Shown: one piece after another, positions 17,625-26,195 of the stretch
Layout of the letters: every line of letters starts with the position of its first letter
Position numbering within the stretch: position 1 is the first letter of the stretch
Virus record (IMG/VR): IMGVR_UViG_3300044797_000113
Span: 1 to 62,517 of that record
Strand: one strand, 5' to 3'
Length of the DNA stretch: 62,517 bases
Origin: a virus
Taxonomy: Duplodnaviria > Caudoviricetes
The notes under the pieces: generated by a model
The model's input: only the letters and a program-made list of their open reading frames with translations
What the model was told of the DNA's origin: nothing
Database searches by the model: none
Position numbers and translations under genes: made by a program

Positions 17625-18223
17625 TCCTGCCGCGGGGACGTGTTCCGCCAGGCCAATGGCATTTTCCGGTTTCCCCGGGAGTCGAGCTGAAAGCCGTCAC
17701 CGAGGAAAAGCTCTACGCAGCTATCCACGAGTACCGGGTTCGGAACAACGTCCCGATTGGCGACATAGAGCGGGACGTGAACGACTTTTACTGCACGACC
17801 TACCCATCGGCGTGCGTGAAGGAGTCCCACGAGTACGGAAACCAGCGCAGGGACTTCCCGCACTCCGAATCCATGCTGAACCGGGTATCCCGCTGGGCGT
17901 CGGGACTGTTGCGCGGCGCGCCGGCCGGCGGTTACTTTTTGGTCAGTCCGGAAGAGGCCGCGAGCCGGGCCCGGGTGTGCATGAACTGTCCGAAGAATGT
18001 TCCGTGGCGCGGAGGGTGCGCCGGCTGTTCAAAGTCCACGATCACAGTCCTCTACCAGATTCGGAAAACGAACCGGACGCCGTATGACGGGGCGTTGCAG
18101 GCGTGCTCGGTCCTTGGGTGGGAGAATTGCACCAGCGTTTGGTTGAGGGAAGGCACGATCCCGATTACCGACCAGCAGCGGCTGGCTGTTCCGACAAACT
18201 GCTGGCGGAGGGGGCTGCCGTGA
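17621..18223 (+). CDS. Cys-rich hypothetical protein
   Basis: CMNCP, CAGC, ACSVLG and TNCW. Confidence 0.75.
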   Translation: MILPRGRVPPGQWHFPVSPGVELKAVTEEKLYAAIHEYRVRNNVPIGDIERDVNDFYCTTYPSACVKESHEYGNQRRDFPHSESMLNRVSRWASGLLRGAPAGGYFLVSPEEAASRARVCMNCPKNVPWRGGCAGCSKSTITVLYQIRKTNRTPYDGALQACSVLGWENCTSVWLREGTIPITDQQRLAVPTNCWRRGLP

Positions 18224-18492
18224 AATTCGGATGGCGGATGATCCCGAATGCCGCGCGCGCGGCGTATCACGCGGGGGTGTACCTGTTTGCTGGGAGGCCG
18301 GTGTTGGCGCCGAAGGCCATCCGGGAGTTCCGAGAAAAGAAGTGTTTGGCGTGCAAATTTTACTGCGAGGGACAATGCTTGAAGTGTTTATGCGTCGCGG
18401 ACCTGAAGTGCGCCGTCGCATCGGAATCGTGCCCTGTATCGAAGTGGCTTGCCTTGACATCCGGGCAAGATAAGGCCACTAGCGAAGGCTAA
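18220..18492 (+). CDS. Cys-rich DUF6171-like protein
   Basis: REKKCLACKF...CLKCLC...KC....ESCPVSKW pattern. Confidence 0.65.
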   Translation: MKFGWRMIPNAARAAYHAGVYLFAGRPVLAPKAIREFREKKCLACKFYCEGQCLKCLCVADLKCAVASESCPVSKWLALTSGQDKATSEG

Positions 18493-18503
18493 TCGCCTAT
18501 CAA

Positions 18504-20831
18504 ATGGCCGACGACGACACCGTTACCATAGAAGCCCAGAGCGACGCGGGCTCTGCGAATCCCATGCCGACAAGTGGGGCTGCGACGATCAACGCGCCCC
18601 AATTCGATGAGGCCGGGAATGAACTGAAGCTCGAGGCGAAGTCGATTTCAACAACCGCGCAAGCCTGGCAGATTTGCACAACTCTTGAGCAGAACAACCG
18701 TCAGCGCGCTCTCCGGACGGCGCAGATTCAGGCGATCCATGATGGCGAACCCCCAAAGTCCGCGGGCGCCCAGTCCGAGAAAGCCAAATCATGGGAGTCG
18801 AATTTCTCAAGCCAGTGGCTTGCAGGGATAGTCGGCCGCCAGGCCCAGCGTTTTGTCAACGCGATCATCCAGCAAATCTACCTGACCTATTCGCGGTTGC
18901 CTGACTCATACCCGGACGCGAAGTCGAAGTCGGACTTCATGCAGGCAAAGTTCACGCGGCTGGTGCGCTGTCAGCCGACGTACACGACGACGATCAACAC
19001 CCTTGCCGTGGAAAACGTCCTTCAGGGGTACACGTATGCCGTGTTTCTGGACCCGATCACCTCGAAGCCCAGGATGTTCAAGCAGGACCGTCTGTTTCTG
19101 CCCGAGCTGGCGCCGATGCACGCGAACGAATTGCAATTCTTCTGCTGCAAGGAGGATTACCGGCTCGACCAGTTCCTCGACCTGATTTCCGACGAAGAGG
19201 CCGCAAAGGACGCCGGGTACGATCTGGACAACTGCATGACGGCCGCGAACACGGCGACCATGCAGGATCCGCGCGAGGACGCGACGACTACCCAATACCG
19301 GAAGTGGGCGGACATGATCAACGAGGGGACGCTCGGCCTGTCCTACTCGAACACCGGGGAACGCGTCGTGAAGGTCTGGCTGCTGTTTTATCGGGAGTAC
19401 GACGGAAGCGTTTCGTTCTACATGATCCAAAGGGACAACGGCCTGAAGCTCCGGTTCTCCTTTAAGCTGTTCAAGAAAATGCAGGACGTGCTGGTGATGT
19501 TTTCGTTCGAGCCGGGCAACGGGTGTATCCATTCATCGAAGGGTCTTGGCCGGAAGCTGGCCGCGCTCGCGATGGTTAAGGAGCTGTTCCGGTGCGGCAT
19601 CGTCGACCTTGCCCGCGTGCAAATGCTGCTGGTCGTGATGACGGACGCGAAGGACCGGAACAAGATGGCGCCGCAGCTCATGTCGCCGTTTATCTACATG
19701 GACAAGTCGAACGCGATTTCCGTGACACAGTTTCCGGGCAACGCGCAGGACGCCAAGGTCGTCGACCAGCTTATCGACAACTGGGCGGAGCAGGCGGTAG
19801 GGGCATTCCTCGCTTCCCAGACCCAGGACCGGACGCCGGACAAGACGGCGACCCAGGTGAACATCGAGGCCAAGCGTGAGCAGGAAGCAGCCGACATTCA
19901 GCTTCGCCGCTGGCTGGACCAGTATTTCAGCCTCACGCAAGCCCAGCAAATTCGCGCGTTTTCGGATGAGAACATAGATCGCGCGGAGGGCATCGCGGAG
20001 AAAATCGCGAAGGACCCGACCGAGGATAAGCCCGAGATTTACGAAGGGTTTGAAGGGACCGAGCCGGAGATTCTTCGGACGCTGGTGGAAATTCTTCGCG
20101 GGCCGTATGATATTGACGGCGACCAGATCAAGGTCTGGCGGAGCACGCCGGCCAGCGTGTTCGCCCATGTTTCCGATGCGGTGATCCAGCAGGGGATCGA
20201 GGCCGTGTACGCTCAGTTCAAGGGCGACCCCAACGTGAACCAGCCAAAGCTGATCCAGAAAGTGATCGAGGGCCGGGTGGGTGCCGACGACGCGTCGGAG
20301 CTCGTCATTCCATCCGCGGACCAGACCGTCGTGTCGGAGGCATCGAATTTGCAGTACATGGAGGCGACGGCGATGCAGGCAAGCGGGTTCCCCATCAAGG
20401 CGAGCGCCCGGGACAACCACCTCATCCACGGCGCCGTTTGCCAGGACCTGCTGACGAAGCTCGCTCCGATTCTGTCGGCCATGGTGAAGCCGGACCCGCA
20501 CGAAATGCTGACGACCCAGCTCATCTACAACCACTTGGGCCAGCATCTCGAATTTGCCGCCCAGGGCATCGATGCAAAGAACCCGGCGTTCATCGAGTTG
20601 GAGAAATTCTGGAAAGGCTTCGGAAAGCAGCTTCGGCAGGTGATCCAGATTCAACAGCAAGCGGCGGTAGCTTCCGCCGTTGTCCACGCCAAGATTGCCG
20701 ACGAACGAGGACTGCTTCCTGTGGTTGGGCAGCCTGGCGGCGTGCAGCCTCCTGCGGGTGCTCAGGCGCCCGTTACCCCGATAGCCCAACAGCAGGCGGC
20801 GCAGCCCGCTCCGGTCCAAGCCGCAGCCTGA
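18504..20831 (+). CDS. Portal protein (podovirus/P22-like)
   Basis: 775 aa, first large structural gene; KTATQV motif; Gln-rich C-terminal tail; TTGACA at 18454. Confidence 0.75.
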   Translation: MADDDTVTIEAQSDAGSANPMPTSGAATINAPQFDEAGNELKLEAKSISTTAQAWQICTTLEQNNRQRALRTAQIQAIHDGEPPKSAGAQSEKAKSWESNFSSQWLAGIVGRQAQRFVNAIIQQIYLTYSRLPDSYPDAKSKSDFMQAKFTRLVRCQPTYTTTINTLAVENVLQGYTYAVFLDPITSKPRMFKQDRLFLPELAPMHANELQFFCCKEDYRLDQFLDLISDEEAAKDAGYDLDNCMTAANTATMQDPREDATTTQYRKWADMINEGTLGLSYSNTGERVVKVWLLFYREYDGSVSFYMIQRDNGLKLRFSFKLFKKMQDVLVMFSFEPGNGCIHSSKGLGRKLAALAMVKELFRCGIVDLARVQMLLVVMTDAKDRNKMAPQLMSPFIYMDKSNAISVTQFPGNAQDAKVVDQLIDNWAEQAVGAFLASQTQDRTPDKTATQVNIEAKREQEAADIQLRRWLDQYFSLTQAQQIRAFSDENIDRAEGIAEKIAKDPTEDKPEIYEGFEGTEPEILRTLVEILRGPYDIDGDQIKVWRSTPASVFAHVSDAVIQQGIEAVYAQFKGDPNVNQPKLIQKVIEGRVGADDASELVIPSADQTVVSEASNLQYMEATAMQASGFPIKASARDNHLIHGAVCQDLLTKLAPILSAMVKPDPHEMLTTQLIYNHLGQHLEFAAQGIDAKNPAFIELEKFWKGFGKQLRQVIQIQQQAAVASAVVHAKIADERGLLPVVGQPGGVQPPAGAQAPVTPIAQQQAAQPAPVQAAA

Positions 20832-20832
20832 C

Positions 20833-21147
20833 ATGGCCGACGAATCACAGCAACCAGATAAGCCCCGCGAGGAACGTGAGCGGCAGTTGCATCCAAACTT
20901 TGCGGCTCCGGCCTTGGAGTTCGTCAACAGCCCGCTATGGCGGGAGTTCAAGCGCGTCCTGATCGTTCGCCGGCCGCAGGGCCCCGACCCCTCGGAGGCG
21001 GTCCATACCCAGGCCGCGCGCGGATTTCAGGTTCAGGCGATCCTGGACGTGATTGAACTTATCGACAGGCTGCCGCTTGAAATGGCTCAAATTGCTCCGT
21101 CTCTTGGAGATTTGATGCCGAAGGAACTCCTTGACCCGAAGGACTGA
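20833..21147 (+). CDS. Small conserved post-portal protein
   Basis: Position and size typical of podovirus portal-scaffold linker genes. Confidence 0.6.
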   Translation: MADESQQPDKPREERERQLHPNFAAPALEFVNSPLWREFKRVLIVRRPQGPDPSEAVHTQAARGFQVQAILDVIELIDRLPLEMAQIAPSLGDLMPKELLDPKD

Positions 21148-21167
21148 CGCCTTCGACGACCCATCTT

Positions 21168-22667
21168 ATGCCCTCAAGAATCCAAGTTGCAGGAGAGTTT
21201 GACGCAGCCGGGTTTGAATCCGGACTTGCCGATCTAATCACCAAAGCTAATCCCGATTTCGACCTCGAAGCCACGCAGCAGGACGGTGCGCAATCTGACG
21301 CCGCCGCCGCCGAAGAGGCCGCGCGGAAGATCGTCGAGGAGGGAGCCGTCCTCAAGGATAAGCTCGATGACAAACCGGCCGCCACGCAACCCGAAGGCGA
21401 AACCGAGGGAGCGAAGGCCGAACGTGAGGCCGCCGAGGAAGCCGCCCGCGTCGCAGCCGAATCTGAAACCCCAGAGGCCAAGGCGGAACGCGAGCGCGTT
21501 GCAGCCGAGGAAAAAGCCAAGGCCGACAAGGCGAAGGAGGACGACCCCGACAAGGACCTGGAGTCCAGGACGAAGGAGCTCACCGATGGCCCGCACGTCC
21601 GCCCGAAGACGAAGCAGCTTGCCGAATTTCTGAAGGGCGAGGCGAAAACCGCCCGGGCGGCCCAGCGCGCACTTGCGAAGGAGAAAGCCATCCTCGAAGC
21701 CCGTTTGGCTGAAGCCGAGAAAGCCCGGCCAGCGACCGCCGAGGTTCCGAAGGAGATCACCGAGGAATTGGCCCAACTCCGATCCCGCGTCCAAGAGTTG
21801 GACGCCACACAGGATCCCGCCCTGGTCGCGAAGTTCGACAAGCCTGTTGAACGGAACCGACTGGCGATCATCGACACTCTGAAGCAATACGGATTGGGCA
21901 AGACGGAAGACGGGCAGGACGATCCGCAGGCCGTTACCGATTTGCAGGCGGCCGGACTGAGCTTCAAGACCCTCAAGCCGTTTCTGGACAAGATGGACGC
22001 CGAAGGGGAGGTCGACGCCGCCGAGGCTATTCGCGACGCCCTCCGGGAGAACATCCGGCTTTCTCGGGACAAGGTTGCCGAGATTCAGGCTATCAAGGGC
22101 AACGCGTCCCAGCGCATCCAGGCGCGCACCGAGGAGCAGCAAGCCCAGATCGAAGGCCAGACCAAGCGAATCACCGAGTATGCGAAGGTCGCCCTGGCCG
22201 CTGACCTTGACGCCATCAAGAAGGACTTCCCGGAGATGGATCCACCACCCAAGCCGTTGCCGACGGACTCGGTCGAGGTCGCGAACGCGAAGAAGGCGGC
22301 AATCGCCGCCTACGACCGCGAGCAAGCAGCGATCGGAGAAACCGTGAAGGGGTTCAGTACGGGCGGCCGCCAGGGCGAGGATCTGGTCAAGGCGCATGGC
22401 CGTCAGGTTGCCATGGCCGTACAGGCTGCGATTCTCAGCAAGCGCGTGGTCCCGCGGCTGCAGGCCACGATCAAGTCTCAGCTTGCCGAACTGACTTCCC
22501 TGCGCGAGCAAGTGAACAAGGGCCGGAAGGCCGCAGGAATCACCCGGGCCCATTCCGTTGCCGTGGGGTCCGGAACCGCGAAGGAAGGCGAGTTCACGAC
22601 TAAAGCCGAGGAATCGACCGCCGACGCTCTCGCCCGGTTCGCCAGGGGTCAAGGCCACGCCGCCTAG
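21168..22667 (+). CDS. Probable capsid scaffolding protein
   Basis: Acidic Glu/Ala/Lys-rich coiled coil after the portal. Confidence 0.6.
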   Translation: MPSRIQVAGEFDAAGFESGLADLITKANPDFDLEATQQDGAQSDAAAAEEAARKIVEEGAVLKDKLDDKPAATQPEGETEGAKAEREAAEEAARVAAESETPEAKAERERVAAEEKAKADKAKEDDPDKDLESRTKELTDGPHVRPKTKQLAEFLKGEAKTARAAQRALAKEKAILEARLAEAEKARPATAEVPKEITEELAQLRSRVQELDATQDPALVAKFDKPVERNRLAIIDTLKQYGLGKTEDGQDDPQAVTDLQAAGLSFKTLKPFLDKMDAEGEVDAAEAIRDALRENIRLSRDKVAEIQAIKGNASQRIQARTEEQQAQIEGQTKRITEYAKVALAADLDAIKKDFPEMDPPPKPLPTDSVEVANAKKAAIAAYDREQAAIGETVKGFSTGGRQGEDLVKAHGRQVAMAVQAAILSKRVVPRLQATIKSQLAELTSLREQVNKGRKAAGITRAHSVAVGSGTAKEGEFTTKAEESTADALARFARGQGHAA

Positions 22668-22669
22668 CC

Positions 22670-23575
22670 ATGCTCGACCTAGTAGCGTTGCCGAAACGCT
22701 ATCTCGAGCAGATGGGTAGGCCGAGAGTTGCCGAGATAGCCGGGGTATCGGAAGCCGTGCTTTCCATGTGGCTCAAGCGGGAGGATTTTCCGCTGGCCGC
22801 AGTGCAGAAATTGCTCGAGGCGGACCCGACGCCTCTCCATGAGATTCAGCCGTTTTACACAAATCCGGTCCGGCATCCGAAGCTGCTGATCATCGTGCCG
22901 TGTATCCTGCCGCCGTTCATCGCGACGACGATGTGCCTGACGAAGATGCTGGACCCGGACATGCAAATCGAGACGGCGTCATGGAACTCGTTGTACCACG
23001 TTCGGAACATGGCGGCATCAAAGTTCGAGCGATCAGGCGCCGAATGGTCGTTCTGGTCGGATTCCGACATGATCCATCCCTGCGGCAACGCAGCTTGGTT
23101 CAAGGAAACAACGGAGAACCCCGGCATCCCTGACATGTTCGCCGGACTTCATACGATCTACCGGCTACTCAGCCACAAGAAGACATTAGTCAGCGTGGCC
23201 TATATCGGGAAGAAGCGGTTTGGACCGGCGCAGTTCCAAGGCGGCGGAACGCCGGAAGGCCAGCAATCGGTTGCCCGCGGACCGCAAAACCTACTGGTCA
23301 AAAAGGACTGGTCAGGCTTCGGCGGGATCCTCGTTCACCGGAGCGTCTTTGCTGCCATCCGGAACAAATTTCCCGAGCTTGAAGTCAAAGTGCCCCACAT
23401 CCGCGAGAAGCTGGGGTACGACTTCAGCTTTTTCAACCCCGTTGAGCAGGACTTTGGGGACGACATTTCCTTCTGTGCCCGCGCCAAAACTGCCGGTCAC
23501 GATCTTTTCGTCGATCTGGCCGTCATGTCCGAGCACATCGGGCTGCGGAGTTTCGGGTACAAGGATCTTCGATAG
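22670..23575 (+). CDS. HTH + GT-A (GT2-like) glycosyltransferase fusion
   Basis: N-terminal RVAEIAGVSEAVLSMW; FWSDSDM (DxD); GFGGILVHRSVF; GDDISFC; EHIG. Confidence 0.75.
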   Translation: MLDLVALPKRYLEQMGRPRVAEIAGVSEAVLSMWLKREDFPLAAVQKLLEADPTPLHEIQPFYTNPVRHPKLLIIVPCILPPFIATTMCLTKMLDPDMQIETASWNSLYHVRNMAASKFERSGAEWSFWSDSDMIHPCGNAAWFKETTENPGIPDMFAGLHTIYRLLSHKKTLVSVAYIGKKRFGPAQFQGGGTPEGQQSVARGPQNLLVKKDWSGFGGILVHRSVFAAIRNKFPELEVKVPHIREKLGYDFSFFNPVEQDFGDDISFCARAKTAGHDLFVDLAVMSEHIGLRSFGYKDLR

Positions 23576-24073
23576 CACGGTCGCGACTTCGCGGGGCAGG
23601 CTGGGGTTCCTGATCGGGGATGAGATCCATTCAGGAGGTATGAATCCGCAGAATACGTGCCATTCGTTTGGATTCCCTAGGTCGAGATTGATTTCGTCCT
23701 CCATCTTGGAATCCAGTTTGAAAAGCTGGTTCCCCTCAAAGTACCCTCCTTCGATCATGTGCCGCGCGAACGTCCGCCAGTCCGGCGTGTTCCGCCTGAA
23801 CTCCGGAGGGATCGAAACGGTCACGCGGTAAGCCGCCTTCCTGCCCGGGTACAGGCTGCTTCTGGGAGGGCCCATCGGCGAGTCCATGGGGATGAAATGC
23901 TTGTTTGTTGTCAGCCACTGGATGCCCCGCATATGCTTGAACGTATTCCGCTTCAAGTTGTGCGCGTCCGGGATCACCGCCAGGGCGAGTACGCCGTTTG
24001 CGATTCCAGTTTGTCTTGCGTCGATCAGATCGGCTTCGGAAAGGAAGTGGTAGAACGTCCAGGGTTTCGGCAT
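23312..24073 (-). CDS. Hypothetical protein with ADP-ribosyltransferase-fold-like motifs
   Basis: FYHF...GI, WLTT and WHVFCGFIPPEWI. The 3' end overlaps the GT gene antisense by 264 nt. Confidence 0.55.
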   Translation of the reverse strand: MPKPWTFYHFLSEADLIDARQTGIANGVLALAVIPDAHNLKRNTFKHMRGIQWLTTNKHFIPMDSPMGPPRSSLYPGRKAAYRVTVSIPPEFRRNTPDWRTFARHMIEGGYFEGNQLFKLDSKMEDEINLDLGNPNEWHVFCGFIPPEWISSPIRNPSLPREVATVLSKILVPETPQPDVLGHDGQIDEKIVTGSFGAGTEGNVVPKVLLNGVEKAEVVPQLLADVGHFDFKLGKFVPDGSKDAPVNEDPAEA

Positions 24074-24074
24074 G

Positions 24075-24104
24075 GTTACGCAAATAGCGTAACGACTCTT
24101 GACA
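24075..24104. promoter_or_regulatory. Perfect palindromic operator GTTACGC-AAATA-GCGTAAC plus TTGACA -35 in a divergent gap
   Basis: Palindrome 24075-24093; TTGACA 24099-24104, 37 nt before the HTH start. Confidence 0.7.
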
Positions 24105-24135
24105 GGGCAAGAGAAATTCGACAACTCTCGCACCA

Positions 24136-24348
24136 GTGACTCCCGAAGAGATCATCAACAAACGCTGCCTGCTTGGCCTTTCGCGTGCGGCATTTGCAAG
24201 GAAACTTGGCGTTTCCAAGCGAACGGTTGAGGGATGGGAGAGCGGTCGAATACCTTCCCGGACGGCCATCCTGTGCATCCGTCAGCTATTGCGTGACGCG
24301 AAACGGATCGCTGACGCCAAAGCGAGACAGAGCGCCGTCGCGCGATAA
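24136..24348 (+). CDS. Cro/CI-type (XRE) HTH regulator
   Basis: LGLSRAAFARKLGVSKRTVEGWESG. Confidence 0.85.
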   Translation: MTPEEIINKRCLLGLSRAAFARKLGVSKRTVEGWESGRIPSRTAILCIRQLLRDAKRIADAKARQSAVAR

Positions 24349-24353
24349 ATCTT

Positions 24354-26189
24354 ATGTCCAACATCCCAGGCAGCCGCCCGCCTCCTCCCCCGGGCTTTCA
24401 GTACATGGGCGCCCGCCTTGTGCGGTCGAATCCATTCGGAGAAGTCACCGCCCCGGTCCAGAAACTTCTGGTCGTCGTCCCGTACTATGAGGGAGACAAG
24501 GCCGACGCCGAGGCCATGCTTGGGCTCGTCTGCGATCTGGAGCGCGTGAAAATCAAGGAGGCGGATCTGTTCCTCGAAGCGCGCGCCGATGCGCTGCCGT
24601 TGTCCGATTCCCTCATGCAGCGCCTGCGCGAACGCTTCGACAAGGTTCATTTGAACACCTGCCGGCGCCGGGACGGGGTCGGCCATCCGTTCGGGGCGAA
24701 CCAGATGTTTTTCGACGTGCTGACGCTGTTCGGCCAGGTTCCGAGCTGGAACCAGTCGTACTACGCATTTCTCTTCATGGAACCGGACTGCGTGCCCACG
24801 CGGCCCGGATGGATCAAGGAGTTGGCTGAAGCCTACGTAGCGGCCAAGGAGAAGCGCAACAAGTCGGTGATCGGGTTCATTCACGGCAACCCGGTGATGC
24901 ACGTGAACGGGGTCGCGGTCTACTCGACGCAGCTCTACAAGCTGTTTCCTGGCGACAAGATGGGCGGCGGCAATCCGCAGAAGGCTTTCGACATCGACAA
25001 GGCGCCGGAGATTCTTTCGGTCGGTGAGGCGACGCCGCTGATCAAGTTTGAGTACCGGAAGGCGACGATCACGCCTGCGGAACTGTTTGCGCCGGCTCAA
25101 TTCGGAGTCGTTCCCTGCCTGTTTCACGGCGTCAAGGACGGTTCGGCGCGTGCCGCGGTGCGGGCCAGGCATATCACATTTTCCGAGAAATCCGTCACGC
25201 TCCGGCCGACGGTCTACACGTACTACCAGACGATCCCGGACTCCACTACGCAACTCGAGGATCAGTCGATCCTTCGCCTGTGGAGCGAAGCGTGGAAGGG
25301 CCGCGGGTTCAACCCGGTCATCCTGACGGCCAAGGAAGCCGTGAAGAACAAGTTCTATGCGGCCTATGCGGCTGCCTGCGACGGTCTGCCGGCCGCTGTC
25401 CGGAAGGAAACCCAGATGAACCGGTTCCTTCGTTGGATCGCCCTGGATACTGCTGGCGGCGGCCTGCTGACCGATTACGACGTCATCCCTGGCAGGCTTA
25501 CGCCCGAGGTCCTGGGGTCGCTGTCTGGATTCCATCTTGCTAGGCCGCGCGAGATTCCAGCCCTGGTCATGGCGTTCGTCGACAAGTCTGCGCTTCCTCT
25601 CTGGCTGGACAGGATCCAGAACTACCATCCCCGCGATGAGGACATGCTGGGTGACCGCCGGAACGTCACGGACATCAACGTCGTACATGGGTGCGCCCTG
25701 GACGACGGCGTGATTCCCGAGGACTGGGTCCGGAACTTCGGAGAACCGGGCTGGCAGGACGCGCTGGCGGTCCATTTTACGGCTGCGGCGATTGCCAAGT
25801 CGCCTGACCGCGCGCTCCGGAAAAGCCAACTGATCGAACGGTTCCTGGGCGGAGAAACGGCTGCGTCGACGGTTTCGGGGATGGCTCCCATTACGCCTGC
25901 TGTCGACGCCATCGCGCCAATCACGGTTTCGGAGCATGAGCAGACCCCGTTGCCGCCGCCGGAACCCGTCGACAATTCGGACATCGTTCAGGAAGTGACA
26001 GCCGAGAACGAGAGCCTGAAATCGCAGATTGAGGCGCTGAAGACGCAGATTGCGGAAATGCAGCGTGCGCCGGTTCCCCCGCCGTCCGCGTTACCACCCG
26101 AAGCGTCCGTTACGCCGGTCGCGCCGGTGAAGAACAAAGGTGGCCGTCCTCGCAAGCATCCTCTTCCCGCGCCTGCGACGGTGGCGTGA
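24354..26189 (+). CDS. Two-domain glycosyltransferase-like protein with coiled-coil and AT-hook-like tail
   Basis: FLFMEPDCVP...HVNGVAVY...FHGVKD (domain 1); RWIAL...GGLLTDYDV (domain 2); KGGRPRK near the C-terminus. Confidence 0.65.
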   Translation: MSNIPGSRPPPPPGFQYMGARLVRSNPFGEVTAPVQKLLVVVPYYEGDKADAEAMLGLVCDLERVKIKEADLFLEARADALPLSDSLMQRLRERFDKVHLNTCRRRDGVGHPFGANQMFFDVLTLFGQVPSWNQSYYAFLFMEPDCVPTRPGWIKELAEAYVAAKEKRNKSVIGFIHGNPVMHVNGVAVYSTQLYKLFPGDKMGGGNPQKAFDIDKAPEILSVGEATPLIKFEYRKATITPAELFAPAQFGVVPCLFHGVKDGSARAAVRARHITFSEKSVTLRPTVYTYYQTIPDSTTQLEDQSILRLWSEAWKGRGFNPVILTAKEAVKNKFYAAYAAACDGLPAAVRKETQMNRFLRWIALDTAGGGLLTDYDVIPGRLTPEVLGSLSGFHLARPREIPALVMAFVDKSALPLWLDRIQNYHPRDEDMLGDRRNVTDINVVHGCALDDGVIPEDWVRNFGEPGWQDALAVHFTAAAIAKSPDRALRKSQLIERFLGGETAASTVSGMAPITPAVDAIAPITVSEHEQTPLPPPEPVDNSDIVQEVTAENESLKSQIEALKTQIAEMQRAPVPPPSALPPEASVTPVAPVKNKGGRPRKHPLPAPATVA

Positions 26190-26195
26190 GTCGTC

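Noticed and set aside
19533-25937. Long antisense ORFs (e.g. 19533..20951, 21234..22658, 24282..25937; also 47516..49372, 50287..51918)
   Set aside because: Shadow frames of GC-rich genes with no recognisable motifs.
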